A stretch of 64,000 nucleotides of DNA, from contig CAZROC010000005.1 in the NCBI GenBank assembly GCA_964601625.1, forward strand, positions 21,077 to 85,076. The letters run 5' to 3'. Source of the DNA: an uncultured Thermoplasmata archaeon (GTDB lineage Archaea; Thermoplasmatota; Thermoplasmata; JAGHBH01). The first letter of the stretch is position 1, and each line of letters starts with the position of its first letter. Position numbers and translations under genes: made by a program. Below, in pieces: positions 37,901-46,693 of the stretch. The notes beneath the pieces are model-generated. The model was not told where the DNA came from. It saw only the letters and a program-made list of their open reading frames with translations, and searched no databases.

Positions 37901-38758
37901 CTCGGCGTTTCGGGAGAGTCTGGTGTTGATAACAGCCATTTCTCAATGCCAGACGGGATTTTTGTGGCTGATGATGGGACAGTATATGTCGCTGACACAG
38001 GAAACAACAGGATAGTGAGGATAGTAAACGCAGAGGTGGAAACCGGGACCATGGAAAAAAAGCCCGTACAGGTGCCATGGTATGTGAGGGGATTTGGTCC
38101 CTTCCCCATCCCGCTATGGATCCTGTTTTCTCTTTTCCTGATCTCCACATTAATATTTTTGACAGCATTCAAAAGCAGACATAAAAAAGAAATGGGCGTT
38201 TTTCCCTTTAAGAAAGGAGTTTTTTACAGAACAGAAAGCCCAGAAGCGCTATATGGGATCTATAAACAGGCGGTGGCGGGAAACATGCCCGGGCTGATAA
38301 TATCACGCACTCCCCCCGACGTTCTTGTGGAAAAATACAATCTTTCGCCTGCACTCCTTGGAGGGTCATCTGCCAGAGAGTCGCCTACCAGAGAAACAGG
38401 GAAGGCAGAGGAAGGGGCCGAAAAAAAGGAGAAAAAACGCAGAGAAGAATTGTACTGGCTCACAAACACGCCGGGTAAAAACACGGTCTCCCCGGGGGAC
38501 ATCAACCGCCTGCTCTTCCTCGTGAACCGTTTCGCGAAAGAAAACCCCGGCGGCATCGTTGTACTGGACGGTATGGATGCGATATCTACACGTCTTCCAG
38601 AAGAAAAATTTGTTGATGTCGTAGGCCGTTTGAAAGAGATAGCAGCGTTGGGGGGCATTTACTTATTTGGGCGGTTCAACATGCGCGCATACGACGAAAA
38701 GACACTTGCACTGATAGAAGAGGAGACGGAAAAAGCGCCTGAATTAGAAAAAACATGA
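34901..38758 (+). CDS. large surface protein: signal peptide, DUF2341-like N-domain, ~20+ NHL repeats, TM segment, cytoplasmic DUF835-like domain
   Basis: N-terminal signal-like segment, then a WEYRIPVTV... module. Many Y(V/I)AD(T/R)GN(N/H)RVQVF NHL repeats follow. At about aa 1080 comes GFGPFPIPLWILFSLFLISTLIFLTAF-KSRHKK, then a ~190-aa tail with GGIVVLDGMDAISTR (DUF835-like by memory). Confidence 0.8.
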   Translation: MLAFSDRNPVFFRQKGKKGPFFSGLSVFFLFLLLSSSLLLPALLAGEAFFVGDAHASGEREGGWWNRDWEYRIPVTVRDAADHDHTPFLVDLWLDLSKYDVANFTAECRITELFPSGEKEIPFQVVNDRNINGRSYEARVVFPVENLRAGETIAFYIYFGNPGVQPSTLQRDFHPETIKNTLYNPTPENNNYRLSGPTDVFVDETGKMYVADRGNQRVQIYDSDGRYVMSLGVFERAGSDTAHLNHPSGVWVSETTGYIYVADEGNNRVQVFSSSGAYVDTFSANLSSPYDVAVDENGRVFVSDTDNNRVVVFAQNGSVAGEIKDAYGVPLRYPGGLWFDSGVLFVVDTGNHRVVLFNATFQPIDMIGKGTLGTGHGEFSFPSNVVVHGRRVFVSDTGNKRIEVFDKNSLSYLYSVESSSTGEETFMETPRGIFVSDGTVLVADQGTNRVLSFSSSGALISSFGFGASPLSPFSLKNPRAVDVSPNGTVYVADWGNHRVVAYSSTGGHLFTIGVPGEIGSDVFHLANPNDVVFHDGDLFVADRYNNRVQVFNATNGMFEQTLGGVDGGTESYGGFNQPCGLAVDEEGRIYVADTYNNRVLLFNSAGEFVSEIGNGQGTGPGEFRHPYDIEIYGNMIYILDTDNFRVEVFYKQNLTYAGTLLSGSPGLGPYDVRWPCGFDIRDGKMAIADTYNQRVQVYIITAPLNVTYLFTIGTNGTVGVDNQHFMRPRKVDIGPDGKIYVADADNNRIQVYSENGEHLSTIGAEMQPVYDDFSLASPTDVSVDREGNIYVADKNNHRVQVFSPMGEHVMTFGSREKREAGSDNNHLFVPGGVSVSGDIVYIADTGNARVQVFNTTGEYLKTIDVDCYSVEVDSGRIYYAEAPFHAILITSEEGETIQLFGTPGESGTDMEHLNFPLAVDADSDGNVYVADTGNHRVVIYRGVEDRVGDEVWGETGVKGTDITHFSSPEGIAVWNNMVFVSDTGNSRIQVFTTEGEYLFTLGVSGESGVDNSHFSMPDGIFVADDGTVYVADTGNNRIVRIVNAEVETGTMEKKPVQVPWYVRGFGPFPIPLWILFSLFLISTLIFLTAFKSRHKKEMGVFPFKKGVFYRTESPEALYGIYKQAVAGNMPGLIISRTPPDVLVEKYNLSPALLGGSSARESPTRETGKAEEGAEKKEKKRREELYWLTNTPGKNTVSPGDINRLLFLVNRFAKENPGGIVVLDGMDAISTRLPEEKFVDVVGRLKEIAALGGIYLFGRFNMRAYDEKTLALIEEETEKAPELEKT

Positions 38759-38807
38759 CCCGGTACATGAAATATGGTCCACTTGGATATATGAGAAGTC
38801 TGTTTTG

Positions 38808-38895
38808 TGGTGCGGGGGTCGAGATTTGAACTCGAGAACTCCTACGAGACCAGACCCTCAATCTGGCGCCTTTGACCTGGCTTGGCTACCCCCGC
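38808..38895 (-). tRNA. tRNA-Leu (anticodon GAG), type II with long variable arm, CCA encoded
   Basis: Cloverleaf folded by hand: acceptor GCGGGGG/CCCCCGC, anticodon stem CCAGA/TCTGG with loop TTGAGGG, T-loop TTCAAAT, 3' ACCA. Confidence 0.85.
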
Positions 38896-38968
38896 ACAGA
38901 GGTGCCATTTCAATATTTGAAGTGTGTGTTTATAAATCTTGCGCATCGGTGGTTGTTGGGACATGTGC

Positions 38969-39799
38969 TTACACTATGTCTCCGAGAGACGCCCTGAAGT
39001 CCTCGTAGAGGTCCTCCAGCACTTCAAGAGCTTTTATGAAAGCCTCTTTTGCGGAGAGCGATCCGTCCGTCTCAAACCTCAAAACAACCCTGCTCTCGTC
39101 ACCCTCAACAGATATCCCATCTCTGGGGCAGATCTCAACACAGGTGTTGCACAGAGTGCAGGCCTCTGGTTCGCTCACCTCCACTTTTTTGCCTTTGACA
39201 GAGAGTATTTTGACCGGGCACATGTCAACGCAATCGCCGCAGCCGTCGCATGTCTCTTTTACAGTTATGACCGGATAGTATTTGTATCCCACAGCCTGGC
39301 ACACCTGCCACTTTGCATGCTGCCTCCCCGTTCCGAGTTCGGCTGTGGCATAGATAAGAAGCGCCTGGTCTTCCCGGAGCTTCACAATGGGTATCAGGGG
39401 GTCTTTGACCTGCAGACTCTTGTCGCCTAGCGGCTCCAGGTCTCCGCTGTAGACGGTGCATGGTCCTTTTTTGTTCAAACTGTAAATGATCGTACAGTTA
39501 GGGCAGCCCTCTCCGCCACAGGTGCACTCTTTTCTGAAGTTGAACCGCTTGAGGTCTGTTGGTAGAGGAATCATACCCAGGCGGTGGGCTATTATCTCAT
39601 CAAAAAGAGGGGCAGCGGATTCATACTCTTTCCCGCTCTCGTCCAGAATTGTGCCCATGTGAAACTCCACGTCCTCAATAGCCATTTTTGGTATGTCCAC
39701 CATCAGCGCTCTCCTTATGGCGTTAGCCACAGGCGGTGTTATGTCCGTCAGGACCAGTCTGGCGGTTTTTTCAGAGAGCTCACGAACTTCAACGCCCAT
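38969..39799 (-). CDS. rpoD: DNA-directed RNA polymerase subunit D (Rpo3) with ferredoxin-like 4Fe-4S insertion
   Basis: RpoD dimerisation motifs plus CTLCNTCVEICP and CDGCGDCVDMCP. Confidence 0.85.
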   Translation of the reverse strand: MGVEVRELSEKTARLVLTDITPPVANAIRRALMVDIPKMAIEDVEFHMGTILDESGKEYESAAPLFDEIIAHRLGMIPLPTDLKRFNFRKECTCGGEGCPNCTIIYSLNKKGPCTVYSGDLEPLGDKSLQVKDPLIPIVKLREDQALLIYATAELGTGRQHAKWQVCQAVGYKYYPVITVKETCDGCGDCVDMCPVKILSVKGKKVEVSEPEACTLCNTCVEICPRDGISVEGDESRVVLRFETDGSLSAKEAFIKALEVLEDLYEDFRASLGDIV

Positions 39800-39800
39800 C

Positions 39801-40184
39801 TTACACTCTCCTTCCTCTTCTGCCGCCCTTGGGTTTCGTGCCGTCGTGCGGTATCGGCGTCACGTCTTCTATGCGCCCCAGGCGAATCCCCGCTCTGGTC
39901 AGCGCTCTCAGAGCTGCCTGTGCCCCTGGACCTGGGGTTTTTGATTTGTTTCCACCGGGAGCCCTGATTCGCACATGAAGTGTGTCAAAACCCTTCTCCT
40001 TGGCTATCTCAGCCACACGCTCAGCAGCGCGCATGGCGGCGTATGGGGAACTCTCATCTTTGGCGGCCTTCACCACCATACCACCGGTGCATTTTGCTAT
40101 CGTCTCTGCGCCGGTTATGTCCGTAACCAGGATGAGTATGTTGTTGTATGACGCATATATGTGGACTATGCCCGTTCTTCCCAT
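39801..40184 (-). CDS. rps11: 30S ribosomal protein S11 (uS11)
   Basis: [21 protein letters not shown]...[11 protein letters not shown] is the uS11 signature. Confidence 0.9.
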   Translation of the reverse strand: MGRTGIVHIYASYNNILILVTDITGAETIAKCTGGMVVKAAKDESSPYAAMRAAERVAEIAKEKGFDTLHVRIRAPGGNKSKTPGPGAQAALRALTRAGIRLGRIEDVTPIPHDGTKPKGGRRGRRV

Positions 40185-40927
40185 CAGCTCTCACCCCTCT
40201 CTTCGCCGCTTTTTGCGGGGGCTTTCTCTGGAGTCTCAGTTTTTTCTTCTTCTATTATACCCTCTTCGCTCTCGTCTCCCTCTTCACTCATCTTTTTTGC
40301 CTCTTCAATGACCTTCTTCGCTTTCTGAGATATCTTTATTTTCTCCTTCTTCTCCTGTTCGCCACCCTTTTCAGATTCACTGGGTGATGTCGGAGCAAAA
40401 TCCTCCTCTTTTGGTCTGGCAGGGTGGAGCTCGTCGCTCAGGGGAGAAAACTCGCTGTATTTTATTTCCTCTTCCTCCTTTTTGGTTATGAGACGCCCAG
40501 GAGTGTTCACAACCCGATCCCCAATCGCTATGTGTCCGTGGACGATGAACTGTCTGGCCTGGCGTGGGGTCCGTGCCATCCCTTTCATATAAACCACGGT
40601 CTGGAGCCGTCTGTTCAGTATGTCCTCAATGCTCAGAGCGAGGATGTCGTCAAGGTCGCCCTCCGCCGGAAGCAGACCCAGCCGGAAAAGCTTTTTCTTT
40701 AACTGGTCCACCTCTTTGAGGGCCTGTTCGTCGTGGACTCTGATACGTGCCATGAGATCTCTGGCCTGTTTCCTGAAATTCCTCAAAACCGACTGGGCCT
40801 TCCATATCTCCCGTTTGTTTTTGAGCCCATATTTTTTGACAAGATCTTTTTCTCGCTCAATTCTGTCCTTTTCCCACGGGTGCGAAGGTGTGTAATACTT
40901 TTTTCTGCTGAACTTTGGATCACCCAT
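40184..40927 (-). CDS. rps4: 30S ribosomal protein S4 (uS4) with ~65-aa acidic/Lys-rich C-terminal extension
   Basis: uS4 core ([17 protein letters not shown]...) followed by an E/K-rich tail. Confidence 0.85.
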   Translation of the reverse strand: MGDPKFSRKKYYTPSHPWEKDRIEREKDLVKKYGLKNKREIWKAQSVLRNFRKQARDLMARIRVHDEQALKEVDQLKKKLFRLGLLPAEGDLDDILALSIEDILNRRLQTVVYMKGMARTPRQARQFIVHGHIAIGDRVVNTPGRLITKKEEEEIKYSEFSPLSDELHPARPKEEDFAPTSPSESEKGGEQEKKEKIKISQKAKKVIEEAKKMSEEGDESEEGIIEEEKTETPEKAPAKSGEERGES

Positions 40928-40937
40928 ACTACCACCA

Positions 40938-41396
40938 TCACTTCCTCTTCCTGCTCACACCCAGGGTCAGACCCGTACGGCCGTTGGACCTGGTTCTCTG
41001 TCCTCTCACCTTCTGCCCCGTCTCGTGTCTTATACCGCGGTAACAGCGTATCTTTTTCAGCCTGTTTATGTCATCGTTTCTATAAACATCCACATCGGCA
41101 GAGATCAGGTGGATGTTTTTTCCCGTCTCATAGTCCCTCTGCCTGTTCATGTGCCACCCGGGGAGGCGGTTTGAGAGCTCTGAGAGCACCTCTGCGAGCT
41201 TTTCCACCTCCTCGTCGCTCAGGTCACCTATCCTCCTTTTAGGGTCAAAACCGACCATCCGCACAATGGACAGAGCAGTCCTCCGTCCCACACCTTTGAT
41301 GTCTGTCAGAGCATAGGCTAGCGGTCTGTGTCCGTCCAGGTCGGTGTTCGCAAGCCGGACGATGTACTTAAACGTGGCACTCTCTTCTTCTGCCAA
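40938..41396 (-). CDS. rps13: 30S ribosomal protein S13 (uS13)
   Basis: KYIVRLANTDLDGHRPLAYALTDIKGVGRR is the uS13 signature. Confidence 0.9.
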   Translation of the reverse strand: MAEEESATFKYIVRLANTDLDGHRPLAYALTDIKGVGRRTALSIVRMVGFDPKRRIGDLSDEEVEKLAEVLSELSNRLPGWHMNRQRDYETGKNIHLISADVDVYRNDDINRLKKIRCYRGIRHETGQKVRGQRTRSNGRTGLTLGVSRKRK

Positions 41397-42422
41397 GGCA
41401 CTTCACCCTTAAACTGTTCTGGGAGACACCCTTTAACTGACACTCTCATATAAATGTTTCTCCACCTTTTCCTTTTTTGCCATTGCAGACTGCCATCTCC
41501 CGGGTGTTTAAGAAGACAACCTTTTTCTATCCAGTCTTGTTGTCTTTCGGTGTATGTGTGTGTCCTGTGGTCTCTGGGGTTCTCCGAGGTGTCCTCTGGA
41601 CAGGCGGTTTTTTAGGTGTTGGTACGAAGGCACTGAGTGTCCCATATACTTGGGCGGCGGCGACAAGACAGCGGTGGGCAGGTCTTTTACGCTCGCAACC
41701 GGTCTCTGGGACGTAATCAAAAAAGGATGGGACAGCAAAGACGTCTACATAAACGCCAGCGACATATCCGGAAACACTGTGGAGGTAAAAGGACACGCCA
41801 GGGGGATGAAGCAGCCATAGACTACATAATATCAGCACTCCAAACCGTCTGGAACACCATAAAACACGTGGGAGAAGCCATAGCAAACGCTCTGGAGAAG
41901 ATGGTGGACTGGGTGATTGTGATTGATAAGATAAAGTGTGCCGTGTGTGCTGCTCTGTTTCCGATTTTGAGTTTTGTTTATTCCCAGATGGGCTGATGGC
42001 TTTCTTTATTTTCTCGGAGAATTTTTACCTCTAGGTATTGGCACGCGGCCGTTCTGGTCTGGAGATTACCCGTAGTGGAAGCGGGTTAAATGAACAGCGG
42101 ACAGCACACCCTCAAAGTATCCGAGGAAGTACTGGTCAACGGGGGTTTTCGCCTGCGCTCCCTGGAGTTTGAACTGTTGTCCTATGGGAAACCCGGTGTC
42201 GCTTACGACCTTTATTTCGTGTGCGTTCTCTTCAATCCTTGTCTCCCCCAACCGGTGGCCAGGGTGTTTTTCTGAGGGCGTCCCAGACCCACCCTCTCTA
42301 CCGTTTTTGTCCATCTTTTACACCGATGGACAGAGGTCCGGTGGGTTAACTTTTTTATCCCGCCCACCTTTCCGTTCCCGGTGACGGATTTGACGGCCAT
42401 CCGGGATGTGGACAAGAAAGCG

Positions 42423-43019
42423 ATGTCAGGGTCAGGCCCTCTGTTGTCTGAAAAAGAAAAAGAGGCCCTCATATCGGACCTCCTGAGGTGTGGGGCGGTG
42501 AAGTTCGGGGATTTCGTCCTGACGTCTGGGAAACGGAGCACTTATTACGTGGACATAAAACAGGCAAGCACCGACCCGGCTGTTTTGAAAAAGATTGCGT
42601 TTTACATGGCCCGTTTTATCCGCAAACAATTCGGAGAGGCGAGAAAAAGCGTTGAGCACATAGCCGGAATGGAACTCGGTGCAGTGCCGCTGGCAACTGC
42701 TGTATCCCTCGAAACCGGCATCCATATGCTCATAATAAGAAAAAGAAAAAAAGAGTATGGTGTGGGAGAGAGGGTCATCGGGTCTTTTAGGGGGGGCGAA
42801 AATGTGGTCGTGGTGGAAGACGTCGTTACCACAGGCGGCTCGTCTCTGGACGCTGTGAGAGTTTTACGTGAGAGCGGGCTGGATGTGCTCGTGGTCATCT
42901 GTGTGGTGGACAGAGAAGAGGGGGGACCGGAGGCGCTTCAAAAAGAGGGAGTTCCCCTATTTTCGCTTGTAACAGCCGGAGACCTGCTCTCACATAGCGA
43001 TGTATCGAGTGGGAGTTGA
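42423..43019 (+). CDS. pyrE: orotate phosphoribosyltransferase
   Basis: KFGDFVLTSGKRSTYYVD and the PRPP motif VVVVEDVVTTGGS. The start is reassigned to the Met at 42423. Confidence 0.8.
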   Translation: MSGSGPLLSEKEKEALISDLLRCGAVKFGDFVLTSGKRSTYYVDIKQASTDPAVLKKIAFYMARFIRKQFGEARKSVEHIAGMELGAVPLATAVSLETGIHMLIIRKRKKEYGVGERVIGSFRGGENVVVVEDVVTTGGSSLDAVRVLRESGLDVLVVICVVDREEGGPEALQKEGVPLFSLVTAGDLLSHSDVSSGS

Positions 43020-43023
43020 TAAA

Positions 43024-44133
43024 ATGGAAAGCGCAGATAGCAGGAAAAGAAAGAAGAAAGAGCTTCTTTCCACCCCAGTTAACCAGATCGCCATAGAAGA
43101 AGACATGCGTGTTGACGACCTCGTTGAACAGATGGCGGGCATGTCCATACAGGCTAGAAACCTCGGCCTCTGCGCTCTCATTTATGAAAAGATGCTGACG
43201 GATGAAAAGCGCCCAACGGTATTCCTCGGTCTGAGCGGGCCTCTCATAGCCGCCGGCCTCAGGAGGGTTATACGGGATATGATAGAGAAAAATCTCGTGG
43301 ACGTGGTGGTCTCAACGGGGGCCATCCTGTACCAGGACTTCTACCAGGCCCTGGGGGGGGACCATTACACTGGCTCGCCGGACATGGATGATGTGCTGTT
43401 GAGGGACCTTTACATTGACAGAATCTACGACACGCTTGTGGACGAAGAGAAGTTTGGTGAGACGGATAGATACATAGGAGAACTGGCTCTGTCTCTTGAG
43501 CCGAGGGGATATTCAAGCAGGGAGTTCCTTGATTTCCTGGGTTCTCAGGTAGATGATCCGGACAGCATACTCGCAACGGCCCACCGCCACGGGATACCCG
43601 TGTTTTCGCCTGCTCTGAACGATTCAAGCATAGGGATAGGTCTCACGTATGCGTATGCCAGACAAAAGAAAAACAGATCTGAGAAAAATATCTCTGGCGG
43701 CGGTGGAAGCGGTGGAGAAAAGTTTTACATAGACCCGATAAGGGACAACTATGAGCTGACACAGATAATAATTAATTCGCGCTCCACGGGGGCTGTTTAT
43801 ATAGGGGGCGGGACTCCGAAGAACTACATAAACGACGCTGTTGTGATGGCAAACTACGGCCTTGAGAGAGAGGTTGAGGGACACGAATATGCGATACAGA
43901 TAACCACTGCCACCCCCCTGGACGGCGGGCTGAGCGGTTCTACCCTGGGGGAGGCGCAGAGCTGGGGAAAGATTTACAGGGAGGCAAAAAAGGCCATGGC
44001 ATTCGTTGAGGCCAGCATAGGGCTGCCCCTCATAGCTGGCTATCTTTTTGGCAGAAGAGTCGGAGAGAACAGGACCCGGCTGCGCTTTGTGTGGGACGGA
44101 GACGCGCTGGTTTCAATGGAACCGTACCGCTGA
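43024..44133 (+). CDS. dys: deoxyhypusine synthase
   Basis: FLGLSGPLIAAGLR...VVSTGAILYQD...YIGGGTPKNYIND are DHS family motifs. The Met at 43024 is taken as the start. Confidence 0.85.
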   Translation: MESADSRKRKKKELLSTPVNQIAIEEDMRVDDLVEQMAGMSIQARNLGLCALIYEKMLTDEKRPTVFLGLSGPLIAAGLRRVIRDMIEKNLVDVVVSTGAILYQDFYQALGGDHYTGSPDMDDVLLRDLYIDRIYDTLVDEEKFGETDRYIGELALSLEPRGYSSREFLDFLGSQVDDPDSILATAHRHGIPVFSPALNDSSIGIGLTYAYARQKKNRSEKNISGGGGSGGEKFYIDPIRDNYELTQIIINSRSTGAVYIGGGTPKNYINDAVVMANYGLEREVEGHEYAIQITTATPLDGGLSGSTLGEAQSWGKIYREAKKAMAFVEASIGLPLIAGYLFGRRVGENRTRLRFVWDGDALVSMEPYR

Positions 44134-44148
44134 GCGTGTGCCATGTTT

Positions 44149-44445
44149 TCAAAGTTTTTCTTCAACGGACCTGACCTTTTTTTCCATGGTGGCTTCCCGG
44201 TCTATCCGGTGGTCTATTTTTATTGAGACCACCACCCTCTTTGCGCCCTTCTGGAACACCCGCTTTTCTGCTTCTTCCACCGCCTTCCAGAGGGTTCCAA
44301 GGTTTTCTACTTCCAACACTGTGGCCATGGGAGTAAGGGTGTGCTTTACACCCATTTCTCTGAACGCTTTTACTGCTTCCGCCACGTATTCGCTCACGCT
44401 TTCCCCCTTGCCCAGCGGAGTTATGCTGACCTCTGCGATTATCAC
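44149..44445 (-). CDS. MTH1187/YkoF-family (thiamine-binding-like) small protein
   Basis: 98 aa, MIIAEVSITPLGKGESVSEYVAEAVKAF, the DUF77/MTH1187 pattern. Confidence 0.65.
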   Translation of the reverse strand: MIIAEVSITPLGKGESVSEYVAEAVKAFREMGVKHTLTPMATVLEVENLGTLWKAVEEAEKRVFQKGAKRVVVSIKIDHRIDREATMEKKVRSVEEKL

Positions 44446-44555
44446 CTTTTCACCCCCGGAGTTTCACCCTGTGTTCTGTCCAGTTGTTTCTGCCGGCCGG
44501 TCACACTCTTCCTATGTCATGGATGTATATCATATATGTCTGACCTTTAAGAACA

Positions 44556-45101
44556 TTATTTCAGATATATCTTATACACACATGCGTCGTCTCCTTTGAA
44601 AACACATTTTTCTTCAACGACATCCGCTTTCGTGTGCGTTAGCTCTGTCAGACCTATGTACGCTCCGAGCCAGGCAGCACAGTCCTCTTTTATTCTGTTG
44701 GGCGTGTCTCTCATCTCTATGATTATCTGGTCTTCTTCATACTGTGCGCGCACGGATCCGTATTTGTAAAGCTCTTTGTATATTGTCATAGCTCTTGCGA
44801 TTATGCGCTCCAGGGACGACCACATAAGGAGGTATTTGAAGAGGCCCAGGTCTTTTACGGTGTACCGCCCTCCTTCTTTAACGGCGTCCATGCCTTTCTT
44901 CTCAGATATCCAGCGCAGAACGCTGCTGAGCAACTCCCTGTCATAGAACTCCCCGTCTTTTATCTGGGAGTGGTTGAACCCGACGTCTTTTTCAAGTTCT
45001 GCCACCCCATCTTTGCCCCATTTCTTTTTGACGTATTTGAAAAAACCGTTTATGACGGAGCCACGCACTTTTTCTACGGCATTCACATCTTTTTTCATCA
45101 T
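44556..45101 (-). CDS. hypothetical protein, possibly V4R-like small-molecule-binding domain
   Basis: 181 aa with the C-terminus EEKCVFKGDDACVYKIYL. Only weak similarity to V4R, recalled from memory. Confidence 0.3.
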   Translation of the reverse strand: MMKKDVNAVEKVRGSVINGFFKYVKKKWGKDGVAELEKDVGFNHSQIKDGEFYDRELLSSVLRWISEKKGMDAVKEGGRYTVKDLGLFKYLLMWSSLERIIARAMTIYKELYKYGSVRAQYEEDQIIIEMRDTPNRIKEDCAAWLGAYIGLTELTHTKADVVEEKCVFKGDDACVYKIYLK

Positions 45102-45274
45102 TTAAGCACCTCTTATTCTATTGGCGTTTTATCAGCGTATGATATATATGTCCTGGTGCTTACTTAAATTTTTCAACAAAACCAGGGGCTAATTTATGAA
45201 ACAGTCTAATTTATTCGCCGTGTCTCTGACATTTTCGCATACACTTTTGCACACAACTTGTCAGATGTTGACTG

Positions 45275-46693
45275 TCAGAGCGCGGTGGCGTCCATGCCTG
45301 TGTGAAGAGACAAGCGTGGTCTTATCATACAGTACTCCAGTTTTCGGGTTCGGTCGTCAAAGATTATAGCAAGTCCCCTCCTGGAATCCATTGTGCTGAC
45401 GAGAGAGGCAAGGTCTCTTCCTTTTCCCATAAAACTCTGCCTGGCCTTTGACAGACTCGTTATGTCCGGCTCTGCGGTTATCTGGTGAGAAATCACCATA
45501 TCCGCTTGGCGTATGGCCGTGTCGTGGATGGCAGAGGGCTCCTGTGTGGCCAGCACGATGCTGAGCCCCGGGTGTCTCCCCAGTTTTATCCAGTCAATAA
45601 GCGGTTGCGAAGAAATCGTGGTCCCATCTGATGGGAGAAAAAGATGCGCCTCGTCTATGACGAGATATACCAGCGGGATGCGTTTCTTTTTTCCGCCGCC
45701 CCCTTCCAGGTCCCATTCTTCTTTGCTCTCCCCGCTGTTTCCCAGCAGTCCCGCCAGTTTCTGCATCTCCACGGTCATTTCAACGGTTTTTTCATGCAAC
45801 AACCTCTCAGCAATAAGCGCGACCACAAAAGACCGCATGTCAAGGGTGCCCATTCTCCTAAGCCCGCTTATGTCAAGTATGGTTATCCTGCCTCCCTCCA
45901 CCAGAGATTGTCCGCTCCCGTCTTTGTCCTCTGAAAAAAGCCCGGTGTTTTTCGCCATTCTGAGAAGGGCAACAAGTGCTTTTCTGGTCTGCTCGTCCGA
46001 GCCCATCTTTTCCGCTGTTTGTATCATATCACTCAGGGTGTACCCGGCGTGTCCGTGTCTTGCATATCCGTGTTCCGCGCCGTCCGGGTATCCATCCATC
46101 TCTGCCCTTTTTCTGTCTCTGAGGCTTTCCAGAACGTCCAGCAGGAGAGTGCCCACAGGGTCTGTTGGGGAGAGGTGGAAAAGCGAGAGCCACATGTGCT
46201 GGCTGACCTCGTCGGCCCGGAACTCCAGGAGCCGGTCCATGTACGGTTTCTGCCCGGTGGATTCAAGCTTTTCCACGGTCTTTCTGGGCATGGCTATCAA
46301 AACGTTGTCCAGCCCCCTTGGAGCCAGCTCTCTGAAATCCTTCATCCGCTCCACTTCAGCCGCATTTGTGTTCGGGGACTTCAGGCTGTGAAAAACGCTC
46401 ATGGTGTCCACGACGAGAACCGCTATCTTGTTTCTCATCTCCGCCGGCAGAAGAGAGAAATTTTCAAGGAAGACACCGAGGGTGTAAGACTTTCCCGTTC
46501 CACGTTTGCCCAAGACAAGGATACAGTGGGGCGTGGCGAGGTCAACGTAGAGTGCGCCCCCCTCTTCATAGACCCCGCCTGGGTAAGACACCACTTTTCC
46601 CATATAACCGCACCCTTCCGAGCCGTACTTTTTAACATCGCTCTCTCTTCTGCCCAGTATTTCAGTTCTCACACATCTCCCTCCACATGTCAC
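45275..46693 (-). CDS. DUF87-type HerA/VirB4-like P-loop ATPase
   Basis: Walker A (HCILVLGKRGTGKSYTLG), Walker B (LVYLVIDEAHLFLP) and LATQEPSAIHDTAIRQADMVISHQI match the FtsK/HerA/VirB4 clade. The start overlaps the stop of the upstream platform gene (ATGA). Confidence 0.7.
   Translation of the reverse strand: MTCGGRCVRTEILGRRESDVKKYGSEGCGYMGKVVSYPGGVYEEGGALYVDLATPHCILVLGKRGTGKSYTLGVFLENFSLLPAEMRNKIAVLVVDTMSVFHSLKSPNTNAAEVERMKDFRELAPRGLDNVLIAMPRKTVEKLESTGQKPYMDRLLEFRADEVSQHMWLSLFHLSPTDPVGTLLLDVLESLRDRKRAEMDGYPDGAEHGYARHGHAGYTLSDMIQTAEKMGSDEQTRKALVALLRMAKNTGLFSEDKDGSGQSLVEGGRITILDISGLRRMGTLDMRSFVVALIAERLLHEKTVEMTVEMQKLAGLLGNSGESKEEWDLEGGGGKKKRIPLVYLVIDEAHLFLPSDGTTISSQPLIDWIKLGRHPGLSIVLATQEPSAIHDTAIRQADMVISHQITAEPDITSLSKARQSFMGKGRDLASLVSTMDSRRGLAIIFDDRTRKLEYCMIRPRLSLHTGMDATAL

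Noticed and set aside
35189-38172. Minus-strand ORFs within the NHL-repeat gene
   Set aside because: Antisense to a highly repetitive, clearly coding NHL array.
41997-42380. Possible RNase P or SRP RNA in the long rps13-pyrE spacer
   Set aside because: Looked for GGAAAGUCCGG-type P4 and SRP domain IV motifs by eye and did not find them. A covariance-model scan is needed, so no call is made.
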